A DNA stretch of 64,000 nucleotides from a virus (Duplodnaviria; Heunggongvirae; Uroviricota; Caudoviricetes): the IMG/VR virus record IMGVR_UViG_3300021387_000463, positions 299,001 through 363,000 of that record. The stretch is one strand, 5' to 3'. The translations under genes were made by a program, and so were the position numbers. Of this stretch, positions 27,955 to 37,584 are shown piece after piece. Numbering within the stretch: position 1 is the stretch's first letter; every line of letters starts with the position of its first letter. The notes beneath the pieces were generated by a model. The model saw only the letters and a list, made by a program, of their open reading frames with translations, was not told the origin of the DNA and ran no database searches.

Positions 27955-30900
27955 ATGGCAGATAATGCAAGAGGAATACATGTTTCACCAGGTATTTATA
28001 CTCGTGAGATAGACATCAACTACGCTGTTCGTAGCCTTGGAATCACCACACTTGGTGTTGTTGGTGAGACCTTGAAAGGTCCAGCTTTTCAGCCAATGGA
28101 CATTGCTAACTGGCGTGAGTTCCAAGAGGTGTTTGGTGGAACAAGTACAGAAAAATTCAAAGGAAGTCAATATCCTAAATACGAGTTGCCTTATATCGCT
28201 AAGTCTTATTTGAGCGAATCAGAGCAACTTAAGGTTGTTCGTGTTCTTGGTCTTAGTGGTTATAATGCAGGTCCTGCTTGGCTTGTTACAGCTTCATTAA
28301 ATGGTACAAATCCAGTTGCTGTTGCTGTAATCCGTTCAAGAGGTACATATAACCCATATGCAACAGGTGATACAAGTGGTTGCACTTGTGAGGAGTCAAA
28401 GTATGACGTTCTTAAATATTATGTTGGTGAGAAACCAAATAGTGGTCAAGTTGGAAACATTTGCGATAAGAATGGTTATAATATGAATGCTCTTCAGATT
28501 AAGGCTTATGTCCCAATGGACAGTAGCGGTAATGAGTGTGACGGTTATGGAATGAGTAGCGGTACAACTGATTTCTATATCTCTCAGAACAATCATGGTA
28601 GATTCAAGTTTGTTGGTGTAAAGGGTGTATATAACGAGAGTGAAGTTAACAACATCATTGCTAGTGGAACAAGTGAAAACATTGACCAGAGGCAAGAGGC
28701 TATTAAGATGGGTTACTTTGAGTACCCAGTAACTCTTAACCCATACGATAAGGAGTACATTCTTAACGTTCTTGGTTCAAAACCTTACGATGGTGATGCT
28801 CCAATCTTCGTTGAGTCTTTATATGACGTTGCTCTTGACCAAGCAATTGTTGAGGACAGAGTTAATAAGATTGATGACAGCTTGAAGCAGTTTAACGTAT
28901 ATTACACTGCTGATTATTGTCACCATGAGCCAGTTGGCGGACTTTTGACAATACCTGAAACGACACTTAGAAGAAAGCACGTTGGTTTGAGATTCTTGGC
29001 TGATACCAATTCAGTTGAGCTTGGTATTAAGGCTGTTCCTTATGACTACAAGAAGAATAAACCAGTTGATACAACTGACAAAGACCTTGGTGCAGTTGCA
29101 GTTATTCCTGGTCAGATTTACACCGTAAGACAATATACAAAGGCTGATGGTAAGAGAGATTATCACTACGGATATTATACTCAAGGATTTGAGGAAGCAA
29201 TCGCTAGTGGTATCGAAATGACCAACATCTACGGAAACCTTCAAAATGGTGGTACAAAGAAAAGCAATGGTAAGGAATCTAAGTTGGTTCTTAACACATA
29301 TGATGGTCTTTACTACAGAATGAATGAGGCAAAGGATGACGTTGCATTTGTTGAGCTTGATATGAATGATTACAAGTCAGCATACAGATATGCTTCAACT
29401 CCTTGGATTGTGTCTAACTTGAAGGGTGACTTCAACCATGTTGAGGTTAACAAGTTGTTCAGATTCCATACCATTACAGACGGTAACAACGCTAACTACG
29501 AGGTTAAGGTATCAATTGAGAATATTAGACCAGATGAAGGTGTATTCGATGTTGTAGTTCGTAGAGTTGATGATGCTGATGAGCAGATTGTTCCACTTGA
29601 GAGATTTGGAAGATGTTCAATGATTCCTGGAAATAGCAACTACATTGCATTTAAGATTGGTTCATTCGATGGTGTATACGAGTCAAAGTCTAAGTACATT
29701 ACAGTTGAGGTGAATGAGTCAACAGCAGCTAAGATGTCAGTACCAGCAGGTTTCTTGGGTTATCCAATACCTCAGTACAATGGTCTTCCAATTGACGGTA
29801 GCAGAAATAGTGTTGCATTCCCAACATTGAAATACAACAGATTCTTCGACCCAGACATCAAGAACAGAAAACAGTACTTCGGTCTTTCTTCATGGGTTGG
29901 AGTTGACATCGATAACTTCACCTTCAAGGGTAACAAGACATACATTGAGTTGCCTCAGTTCATGACAAGAGGTTTCCACCTTGATTCAAGACTTGACAGT
30001 CAAACTGGTGGTGCATACGTAAGTGGTATTACTGTTGATGGTGAAGCAGGATATGAGTTCGATGCAGTTTCTACAAACTCTAGAACATCTACATTGTCTG
30101 AACCACCAATCATCGGTACTGAAGACGATATGTATGGTTCAATCTATGAGTATGTAAATCTTCGTAAGTTCACCGTATTCTTCTATGGAGGTTTCGATGG
30201 ATGGGATGATTACAGAGACCAGAGAACCAATACTGATGGTTACAAGATGTCTCAATATAGAGGCTTCATCAACCAAGGCAGTGGTGAGGGTTACTCATTC
30301 AACAGAATCAAGAACCCAGACCTTCTACAGTTGAATCAGAATGGTATTACCTCTGACTGGTATGCTTACCTAAGTGGTATCAGACAGTTCTCTAACCCAG
30401 AGGCGACAGATATTAACGTATTCGCAACCCCAGGTATCGACTACGTAAATCAGAAGCTTCTTGTGGAGGAGGCAATCGAAATGATTGAGGAAGAAAGAGC
30501 AGATAGCATCTACGTTGTAACAACCCCTGATAAACCAAGTGGCGCAGGTGACTACGTTGATGAAATGTTCACTCCAGATGAGGCAGTTGGTAATCTTGAG
30601 GATTCTGAGATTGATTCTAACTATACTTGTACATATTATCCTTGGGTTAAGTATCTTGACCAAGATAACAATCAGTACATCTATCTTCCAGCAACTAAGG
30701 ATGCAGTTAGAAACTTCGCACAGACTGATAACACAGCTTACCCTTGGTTCGCACCAGCAGGTGTTGGACGTGGTAACGTTGACTGTGTAAGAGCACACTT
30801 CATCACTAAGCTTGGAGACGAGGATGTTCTTTACGAGGGCAGAATCAACCCAATTAAGACCTTCGCTCAAGACGGTCCAAAGATTTGGGGTCAGAAGAAC

Positions 30901-31236
30901 TTGCAGATTAACGAGTCTCAGCTCAACAGAATCGCAGTTCGTAGATTGCTTCTTAGAATGAGAAAGTTGATTGCAATCTCTTGTATCGGTCTTATCTTCG
31001 AGCCAAACGATGCTACTGTTAAGCAGTCATTCTTGTCAACAGTTACTCCAATCATGGATAGCATCAGAAGCAACAGAGGTATCTCTGACTACAGAATAGA
31101 GATTAATGATACAATCGAGTCAAGGGAAAGAAGAGAGCTTCCAGTGAAGATTTACTTCAAGCCTTACAATGCACTTGAATATATAACAATCGACTTCATC
31201 ATCACTCCAGAGGGAGTCTCGTTTGATGATATTTAA
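27955..31236 (+). CDS. gp18: Contractile tail sheath protein
   Basis: SPGIYTREID N-terminus, GETLKGPAFQP, TYYPWV, PWFAPAG..RG, GQKNLQ...LNRIAVRRLL, FEPND. Confidence 0.95.
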   Translation: MADNARGIHVSPGIYTREIDINYAVRSLGITTLGVVGETLKGPAFQPMDIANWREFQEVFGGTSTEKFKGSQYPKYELPYIAKSYLSESEQLKVVRVLGLSGYNAGPAWLVTASLNGTNPVAVAVIRSRGTYNPYATGDTSGCTCEESKYDVLKYYVGEKPNSGQVGNICDKNGYNMNALQIKAYVPMDSSGNECDGYGMSSGTTDFYISQNNHGRFKFVGVKGVYNESEVNNIIASGTSENIDQRQEAIKMGYFEYPVTLNPYDKEYILNVLGSKPYDGDAPIFVESLYDVALDQAIVEDRVNKIDDSLKQFNVYYTADYCHHEPVGGLLTIPETTLRRKHVGLRFLADTNSVELGIKAVPYDYKKNKPVDTTDKDLGAVAVIPGQIYTVRQYTKADGKRDYHYGYYTQGFEEAIASGIEMTNIYGNLQNGGTKKSNGKESKLVLNTYDGLYYRMNEAKDDVAFVELDMNDYKSAYRYASTPWIVSNLKGDFNHVEVNKLFRFHTITDGNNANYEVKVSIENIRPDEGVFDVVVRRVDDADEQIVPLERFGRCSMIPGNSNYIAFKIGSFDGVYESKSKYITVEVNESTAAKMSVPAGFLGYPIPQYNGLPIDGSRNSVAFPTLKYNRFFDPDIKNRKQYFGLSSWVGVDIDNFTFKGNKTYIELPQFMTRGFHLDSRLDSQTGGAYVSGITVDGEAGYEFDAVSTNSRTSTLSEPPIIGTEDDMYGSIYEYVNLRKFTVFFYGGFDGWDDYRDQRTNTDGYKMSQYRGFINQGSGEGYSFNRIKNPDLLQLNQNGITSDWYAYLSGIRQFSNPEATDINVFATPGIDYVNQKLLVEEAIEMIEEERADSIYVVTTPDKPSGAGDYVDEMFTPDEAVGNLEDSEIDSNYTCTYYPWVKYLDQDNNQYIYLPATKDAVRNFAQTDNTAYPWFAPAGVGRGNVDCVRAHFITKLGDEDVLYEGRINPIKTFAQDGPKIWGQKNLQINESQLNRIAVRRLLLRMRKLIAISCIGLIFEPNDATVKQSFLSTVTPIMDSIRSNRGISDYRIEINDTIESRERRELPVKIYFKPYNALEYITIDFIITPEGVSFDDI

Positions 31237-31258
31237 TTAATAAACAGATGGTTACATA

Positions 31259-31294
31259 AAAATAGCAGTAATTCAGTTTACTGCTATTTTTTTT
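31259..31294. terminator. Bidirectional terminator
   Basis: AAAATAGCAGTAA-TTCAGT-TTACTGCTATTTTTT between convergent genes. Confidence 0.85.
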
Positions 31295-31295
31295 A

Positions 31296-31808
31296 TTATA
31301 AATCAATCTTCATATTATATATTTCTCTATCGCCACTTTTAAAATACTCAAATCCGTGTCTTTTGTAAAAATATTCAAGTTCTTCTTGACAAAGGCAATT
31401 ATCGTGTTTGGCTATTTCTTCGATATTATCTGTAAATATATTACCAACTGTATATTGTTTTGCCAATATTTTGAACTTGAATCCGCTAAAGTTTGTCTTG
31501 GCAAAAGAGACAGCATTTGAAACTAATACCGAGCCGCATCCCAAACCCCTGTATTCCTTGTATACTTTTATATCTTCTCCGATAACACACTTATCATATC
31601 TATCTACACAGTGATGTGTTACTCCAATTAATTTATTTGTGCCTATGTGTCTCAAGGAAATGCCAAAACTATTCCAGCAGCACCATATACGTAATACCAT
31701 TGGGATTATTTCACCGTCTTTCTTGGTAAAATCAATATCTTCGGTGAATAAATATTCTTTTCCGTCATCACGAAGTTTCCAATTAATCTTGAAGTCTTCC
31801 TTATTCAT
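31296..31808 (-). CDS. GNAT-family acetyltransferase
   Basis: Motif A V..EYRGLGCGS.L and C-terminal FYKRHGF. Confidence 0.75.
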   Translation of the reverse strand: MNKEDFKINWKLRDDGKEYLFTEDIDFTKKDGEIIPMVLRIWCCWNSFGISLRHIGTNKLIGVTHHCVDRYDKCVIGEDIKVYKEYRGLGCGSVLVSNAVSFAKTNFSGFKFKILAKQYTVGNIFTDNIEEIAKHDNCLCQEELEYFYKRHGFEYFKSGDREIYNMKIDL

Positions 31809-32337
31809 ATTTTTTTAAATATTTAGTATCTACATAATCTGTAAGCCAAACTCCATTGCTTGAAAGATAGAATTTTATACCATCCTTATACATTTGTTCA
31901 GAATCAATAACGAGGACATATGGCGTACCATGTCTAGAACCCACTTTTAAGGCTGTCTCTTCGTCTTTTGACAAGTGGACATATAATCTCTCACCCTTAA
32001 CGATTCCTCGTTTGTAAATCGATTCTAATGCCTTTGTTGAAGTTCCATGATACAATGTATTTGGTGGTATTGTTTCAGTTAATCCAACATCAACATTAAT
32101 TGAATGACCTTGCCTTGCCCTTATCTTTGTTTTGTCCCCATTATACTCATAACGTTGCTTATTGTTTGTCTCAACAATTCCATCAAGAAGTTCTTTTGTA
32201 TAACCTTGACTCTTGATGAGTTCTGAAACACTTCTCCAGCCGTTATTGTCAATGAGGCCATTATTCAATGCTTCCTTATCGTGTCTTAGAAGGAAAGCAA
32301 GATGTTTACCTTTTGATATTAATTCCTTTTTGTTCAT
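31801..32337 (-). CDS. kptA: RNA 2'-phosphotransferase (Tpt1/KptA)
   Basis: LLRH, KQRY, IRARQGHS, LYHGT, R.YVHLS, G.RHG, NGVWLT. Confidence 0.95.
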   Translation of the reverse strand: MNKKELISKGKHLAFLLRHDKEALNNGLIDNNGWRSVSELIKSQGYTKELLDGIVETNNKQRYEYNGDKTKIRARQGHSINVDVGLTETIPPNTLYHGTSTKALESIYKRGIVKGERLYVHLSKDEETALKVGSRHGTPYVLVIDSEQMYKDGIKFYLSSNGVWLTDYVDTKYLKKYE

Positions 32338-32990
32338 AATCCGTACTCAGAAAGGTCTATATTGACTTTCTTTGCCTCTTCCCTATCAATGTCCCTCACA
32401 ACCAAATCTTTCATCTTGGAGAGCATTCTAATAGCTTCTATATTCTCACAGCGAATTGCTTGTGTTAAAGCTGAACAATCAATATCGTTAATTGCATTGA
32501 TGTCAACATCTTTTTTAAGGAGTAGTTCTTTAGCAACCCAATTTAAGCGTTTCCAAGTGCAACAAACAATAAGAGCAGTATTTTCATTGAGGTCTTTGGC
32601 ATTGAAGTCAAATTTATCAGATTCTAAAGTCATTTTAATCATCTTTTCAAACACCTCTTTCTCTTGCGGTAATTTACAGATTTCTTCAGAACCATACATA
32701 TATAATAGTGATTCAAGAACACTTTCATCGCCAAAGACATCTTCAACAGCATAATCGAATGTTGGGTGATTCACAATCACCTCGAACAAATCATACATTT
32801 TAGAATTGATTGCCGAGAAGATAGGCACTCTCTGATTATACTCATAGGATACGTCAATGCCCTTTTCAGAGTTAATAAGATTAATTGCACCTTGTTCATC
32901 ACCACTGTCAATCAGTTTGTGCAACTTAACGCAAGCATCGACATTTTTCTCAACTTTGCCAATACTTTTTAAACTAAATCCTTTTTTCAT
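32334..32990 (-). CDS. Ankyrin-repeat protein (paralogue of 40553-41257)
   Basis: Ankyrin-like units (D.NAKDLNENTALIVCC, DINAINDIDCSALTQAI); start moved to MKKGF, downstream of the -7 box. Confidence 0.75.
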   Translation of the reverse strand: MKKGFSLKSIGKVEKNVDACVKLHKLIDSGDEQGAINLINSEKGIDVSYEYNQRVPIFSAINSKMYDLFEVIVNHPTFDYAVEDVFGDESVLESLLYMYGSEEICKLPQEKEVFEKMIKMTLESDKFDFNAKDLNENTALIVCCTWKRLNWVAKELLLKKDVDINAINDIDCSALTQAIRCENIEAIRMLSKMKDLVVRDIDREEAKKVNIDLSEYGL

Positions 32991-33008
32991 ACTTAAAAAT
33001 GTTTTTTG

Positions 33009-33060
33009 CAAATGTATGAAAAAAAAATGGATTAACCAAGTAAGTTAACCCAATTTAACA
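33009..33060 (-). promoter_or_regulatory. -33/-7 promoter with an upstream GTTAA-N6-TTAAC palindrome
   Basis: CTTG-N20-TACATTTG on the minus strand; palindrome at 33044-33059. Confidence 0.78.
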
Positions 33061-33065
33061 TATAT

Positions 33066-33443
33066 TTACCACATTTGGCATAACAACACCCATGTTACAA
33101 TCACTTGTAGAAGGTGTATTGTTTGGTCTGCCATGAGATTTATATGGAGTTTGTTGCATTTCTCATTATCAATCCAATAGTGTATAATGGTGTTGATGAT
33201 AAATGCGCCTAGCAAGAGATACGATGAGACTGTAGGCAATAATACCATGCTTGGGATAAGTATCATTATAGACCAAGACATTGAATGAATGAGCAGTGCC
33301 ATCTTATAGTCATGTTTATATAGGGATTTATATTCAAAAAGCTTTTCCCACCACACTTTTTGCTTCATTTTTGCCAAGTTTCCTTGGAGGTAGAAATCAT
33401 CCACGATGTGCGCAAGAATCATTAATAACAGTAGTTTTATCAT
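33066..33443 (-). CDS. DUF3307-like membrane protein
   Basis: AHIVDDFYLQ, H..ID..K and ADQTIH motifs with hydrophobic helices. Confidence 0.8.
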   Translation of the reverse strand: MIKLLLLMILAHIVDDFYLQGNLAKMKQKVWWEKLFEYKSLYKHDYKMALLIHSMSWSIMILIPSMVLLPTVSSYLLLGAFIINTIIHYWIDNEKCNKLHINLMADQTIHLLQVIVTWVLLCQMW

Positions 33444-33448
33444 AATGC

Positions 33449-35098
33449 TTATTTTTTATTAGTCCATTTATATCTTATTAAACCACAATCCCATATCTTG
33501 TAATATCCTAATTCGTTAGTTAACTCATTTTCTGTCTTTTTCTCATCTACCCCATAACGTTTTGATAAGAGTTTTTTCCTAAAATTGAATTTATGCATTC
33601 TTTCTGTTGGATGTGAAACACTTACATATTTGTAATCTGGTTTTAGTACCTCGTCTATTTCAAAACCTAATTTGGTATAGAGATTATCATTTCTGTTGAC
33701 TGTCCATCTTAAGTCTGCAAATGATTTAACAATTAATGGATTATATTTTTTAACAAAGAATGAAAATAGTTTTCCCCCAACGCCTTGACATTTAAGTGTA
33801 TTATCTGTAGCAAATCTATTTAATATCCATTCTTCACCATATTGTTCAAATGTCATTACGCCAATCAATACACCATTATTGAAACAGCCCACAGCAATGG
33901 AACAACCACCATATCCTTGTATATGATTTTTATCCAAGAAATCTTTTGCTGCATCCTTTGTTATAAAGTCAGCGATACATTTTCTAGCCATTACAGATGG
34001 AATACCATTATCTGCATATATTAATCTTCTTATTTTAGATAGAACAATTTCTTTATGAGATAGATACTCATCTTCAAATAGTTGAATTAATTTAATACCC
34101 TTTTCGTTTGCTAATTCAGTTTTCATTAGATGATAGTTTCTATCCCTAAATTTATCAGAATGCCATTTAAGTCCATTGTATTCTATTCCTATCCTTAATT
34201 TTGGAATATAGATATCAATCTCATATCCATTCAGCATTTCCCTATTTGAATGTTCCACATTCTCTTTTCCTATTAGAGAACAAATATATTCGTATAATTC
34301 AGTTTCTCCCTTAGACTCAATTAATCCACACTTAGGACATCCGTGTCCGTGAAGATGGTCGTAAGGCTTTTGCCAGAACTCACCGTGTTTTGGGCATATA
34401 ATCTTGACCTTCTCTTCCATTTTATTGTAATTGGTTTCAGTGTAAATATACTTATCCCCATATATAGATTTACATCTTCTTATAAACTCTTCTTGTCCTA
34501 TATTCTTTTCTTCAGCTCTTTTGTTTATGCTACATTTTGGACAACCTTGACCCAATAGGTGCTTAGAAGGTTCTTGCCAGAACTCACCGTGTTCCCTACA
34601 AATTATGCATACCTTATCGTGCATTCTAGTAAATGCAACCTTTGAATAATCGTATCTATCACCGTGTTTCTCTTTAAACAATTGTATAACCTCATCAGTA
34701 TTCAAGCCCCTACCACTACATTTTGGACAGCCTTGACCCATAAGATGCGCCATTGGAGTCATCTGAAATTCACCGTGTTTTGGACATACTATTGTTACTT
34801 TGGTCATCGCATTTACATAGCTTATGTTATTGTAATTATATTTACCATTATGTATTATGTTTGCCTTTTCAATGAATGTATTTGCATCACCCCTAAACGT
34901 ATCACCTCTTTTGATATTTGCGCATTTAGGACAACCATTACCTCTTGCGTGAGCTTGTGGTGTTTGCCAAAATTCACCGTGTTCTTTGCATATTATACAT
35001 ACTTTTGTCAAACTATTAACATAGTCTACTTTATCATAAATGTATTTTCCATTGTGTATTTTTGTTGATTTTTCTATAAATTTATCTTTTTTACTCAT
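33449..35098 (-). CDS. Hef-like/PD-(D/E)xK putative homing endonuclease with four Zn-finger-like repeats
   Basis: Four KV.IIC..HGEFWQ.P..HL.G.GCPKC repeats, EIDIYIP...IEYNG..WH nuclease motif, and a C-terminal GNAT-like domain (FL..NH.QG, RFA, G.GGKL, FAD.RW, LY.KLGF, IWDCG). Confidence 0.75.
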   Translation of the reverse strand: MSKKDKFIEKSTKIHNGKYIYDKVDYVNSLTKVCIICKEHGEFWQTPQAHARGNGCPKCANIKRGDTFRGDANTFIEKANIIHNGKYNYNNISYVNAMTKVTIVCPKHGEFQMTPMAHLMGQGCPKCSGRGLNTDEVIQLFKEKHGDRYDYSKVAFTRMHDKVCIICREHGEFWQEPSKHLLGQGCPKCSINKRAEEKNIGQEEFIRRCKSIYGDKYIYTETNYNKMEEKVKIICPKHGEFWQKPYDHLHGHGCPKCGLIESKGETELYEYICSLIGKENVEHSNREMLNGYEIDIYIPKLRIGIEYNGLKWHSDKFRDRNYHLMKTELANEKGIKLIQLFEDEYLSHKEIVLSKIRRLIYADNGIPSVMARKCIADFITKDAAKDFLDKNHIQGYGGCSIAVGCFNNGVLIGVMTFEQYGEEWILNRFATDNTLKCQGVGGKLFSFFVKKYNPLIVKSFADLRWTVNRNDNLYTKLGFEIDEVLKPDYKYVSVSHPTERMHKFNFRKKLLSKRYGVDEKKTENELTNELGYYKIWDCGLIRYKWTNKK

Positions 35099-35132
35099 TT
35101 TATGTTTTATTCATAAATATTAGTTCTTATTG

Positions 35133-35164
35133 CAAAGATATACAAAAAATATGAAAAAAACAAG
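35133..35164 (-). promoter_or_regulatory. -33/-7 promoter of the Hef-like gene
   Basis: CTTG-N20-TATCTTTG on the minus strand. Confidence 0.8.
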
Positions 35165-35255
35165 TTTTTACGAAAAAAAATATAATATTGTATATTTATA
35201 TTAAAATTAATGGTAAAAGACAATAAAATAATCTAGATTAAAATATTTATTAAAA

Positions 35256-35744
35256 ATGAGTGATTTACTTTTGAAAATGCCTCTAAATTACGAACCTCTC
35301 AGGAAAAATAGATGGTTGTTAAGATTTCCAGCTGACTTGGGTATTCAAGAGTGGTGGTGCAAGAGTGCAGCACGTCCACATATCCAGCAAGAAGGAAAGG
35401 CAATTGAGTTCTTAAATGCAGAGACATACGTTGTTGGAAGATACAAATGGGCTTCAATTCAAGTAACTTTGAGAGACCCAATTGGACCTTCTGCTTCGCA
35501 AGCAATAATGGAGTGGGTTCGTCTTCACTCTGAGTCTGTTACAGGACGTCAAGGCTATGCAGCTGGTTACAAGCGTGATGTTGAGCTTGAAATGCTTGAC
35601 CCAACTGGTGTTGTTGTTTCTAAATGGATTCTTAAGAATGTAATGATAACCGAAGTAGACTTTGGTCAATTAGATTACAGTCAAGATGACCTTGCAGAAA
35701 TTACAATGACATTACAGATGGATTATGCGATTTTGGCATATTAA
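35256..35744 (+). CDS. gp19: Tail tube protein
   Basis: 162 aa with YEP.RKNRW, W..I.VTLRDPI, EW.R.H.E..TG..GY and LDPTG.VV.KW motifs; first plus-strand gene after the sheath. Confidence 0.88.
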   Translation: MSDLLLKMPLNYEPLRKNRWLLRFPADLGIQEWWCKSAARPHIQQEGKAIEFLNAETYVVGRYKWASIQVTLRDPIGPSASQAIMEWVRLHSESVTGRQGYAAGYKRDVELEMLDPTGVVVSKWILKNVMITEVDFGQLDYSQDDLAEITMTLQMDYAILAY

Positions 35745-35777
35745 TCTGTTTATCAAGCAGTTATTGGGATTTAAAAT

Positions 35778-35811
35778 AAAATGAGCAACCATGATTGGCT
35801 GCTCATTTTTT
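35778..35811. terminator. Terminator after the tail tube gene
   Basis: AAAATGAGCAACCA-TGAT-TGGCTGCTCATTTT hairpin. Confidence 0.8.
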
Positions 35812-36009
35812 ATTGATATATTCTGTTTCTTTTGACTCAATTATTTCACCATTGTTAAAATTAAATGTACTTCCTAATACATTTCCTAGTTTGAAACTAG
35901 TATTCGTTTCTGCTATTGATATTGCTGTTTCTTCTTTGTTATCGTTTGCGGCAACATAATATTCTACAGAATAATTTAAGCGAACTTTACAAAGTTTTAT
36001 TTTTTTCAT
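35803..36009 (-). CDS. Small hypothetical protein
   Basis: 68-aa ORF in a minus-strand accessory island. Confidence 0.55.
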   Translation of the reverse strand: MKKIKLCKVRLNYSVEYYVAANDNKEETAISIAETNTSFKLGNVLGSTFNFNNGEIIESKETEYINKK

Positions 36010-36082
36010 ATTCTTTACTGTTTTAAATTGGTTTTATTTCAACATTTGTGATTGCTCATTTTTGTTTATCTATGCATATTCT

Positions 36083-36499
36083 CTAATGTAATCCTTCATA
36101 CCATTTGGTTTTAGAAACGATTTCATTGTTCTTTTTAGTTAAAGAATCTATTTCTTGACTAATGTATTGGATTAATTTTATTTTATTTTCCTTCATGAAC
36201 GATTCGACCATATCTTCAAATTCATCTTCATTAGTACACAAAAAAGCATAATCTTTAATTTTCAAATAATCCAAGTTTAAATCGTAATCATAACCGCCCA
36301 AATGTGCTAAAGAACCGCAGCGATAGCCTCTTAAGTGATTTCGTTCTATACGAAGTTTTTCATTCTGATATGTGACATATTCAAAATGTTCATCACAAAT
36401 ACGCATATGAATAATCCTAGCGTTAGGATTCACATGAATAAAATTTCTTATTTCACCAACTGACATAGATGAAATTCTTCTTTCGTTAGTATTAATCAT
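36083..36499 (-). CDS. Hypothetical protein
   Basis: 138-aa ORF below a host-type promoter (36550-36581). Confidence 0.65.
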   Translation of the reverse strand: MINTNERRISSMSVGEIRNFIHVNPNARIIHMRICDEHFEYVTYQNEKLRIERNHLRGYRCGSLAHLGGYDYDLNLDYLKIKDYAFLCTNEDEFEDMVESFMKENKIKLIQYISQEIDSLTKKNNEIVSKTKWYEGLH

Positions 36500-36549
36500 A
36501 AATTTTTTAATTAATTTTAGTTTGTACCTTAATCATTATTTTGTTAATG

Positions 36550-36581
36550 TAAAGGTACGAAATTATTTTGATTTAGCCAAA
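36550..36581 (-). promoter_or_regulatory. -33/-7 promoter (variant)
   Basis: TTTG-N20-TACCTTTA on the minus strand. Confidence 0.6.
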
Positions 36582-36681
36582 TATTATCTATAGTTTTAAC
36601 TTTTATTATGCTTTATATTTGTTTCTTGCACTTATTTTTTTATTTTTTAAAGAAAAATAACAATTTAAAATAGTAAGAAAT

Positions 36682-37584
36682 ATGCCAACAAGTAGAAGTT
36701 ATTCATTAAATGATTTAAAATCTGCACTAAAAACTAGAATGGCAGAGTTTGAAATGCTTAATAAGACACTCATAGAAGCAATCGAGAAAGGCTCTAGTGA
36801 GGTAACTATTGATGCAATTAAGGAAGCAATTAAGGATGCTGAAGAGAATATTAAGGCTTTAAGAGATTGGATTGAGGAAAAGACAAACGAAAAGGAAAGT
36901 TGTGAGAAGGTTAACTATTCATTCTATAATGAGATAAAGAAGCCTACTTTACCAAGGTCAGTTAAGGCTAAGAAATTATTCAACATTAAGAATGACCTAG
37001 ATAAGCTTGAGAAAGAACTTAAGGACTTGAAACCAACCAACAATAATTTCTTTGACAATATTAAGAAGGATACAAACTCAAAGAAGTTGGATGAGGTGAT
37101 TAAGAAAGACCTATCAAGCGACTATAAGCCTTACGATAGTCCTTACAACCATCTTAACTATGAGGATATATATAATGAGACTTGTAAGAAATTGCCAGTA
37201 TGTAGTCCTTATGAAAATGTCATTCAATGCAATAGATTCTTGGTGAGATTTGGAACACCATTGGATATACCAGAGTATTATGTAAGAAGTGTTGACTTCA
37301 AGAGTAAGCATCTTGTGATTAGTATATTTAACTTTATCAAGGACGATGAACATCCAATTATTGCAGAGCTTTTGGCAAAAAAGTTTAATGGTGACATGAC
37401 ATCTGAATTCAGCATTTCGATTGATTATCTTGACCCAACTGGTGTTATTCTTTACACAGAGCGTTATCACCATTGTCATTTGCTAAATGTTGAAAGAGAT
37501 AGCGTGGATTATACTAGAGACGATTTAAATAGAATATTATTGACGGTATCATATTCTGATATAACTTATGAAACAAGTCATTAA
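36682..37584 (+). CDS. Coiled-coil protein fused to a divergent tail-tube-like domain
   Basis: C-terminal ~125 aa align by eye with the 35256 tube (YE....NR.L.RF...L.I.E, LDPTGV, DY..DDL..I..T). Confidence 0.7.
   Translation: MPTSRSYSLNDLKSALKTRMAEFEMLNKTLIEAIEKGSSEVTIDAIKEAIKDAEENIKALRDWIEEKTNEKESCEKVNYSFYNEIKKPTLPRSVKAKKLFNIKNDLDKLEKELKDLKPTNNNFFDNIKKDTNSKKLDEVIKKDLSSDYKPYDSPYNHLNYEDIYNETCKKLPVCSPYENVIQCNRFLVRFGTPLDIPEYYVRSVDFKSKHLVISIFNFIKDDEHPIIAELLAKKFNGDMTSEFSISIDYLDPTGVILYTERYHHCHLLNVERDSVDYTRDDLNRILLTVSYSDITYETSH

Noticed and set aside
20762-35805. Recurrent TGA(C/T) tetraloop hairpins (20762, 22759, 25298 minus, 35788) as a common recombination signal
   Set aside because: The stems are unrelated and short, and four examples in different contexts could be chance; not supportable without statistics.
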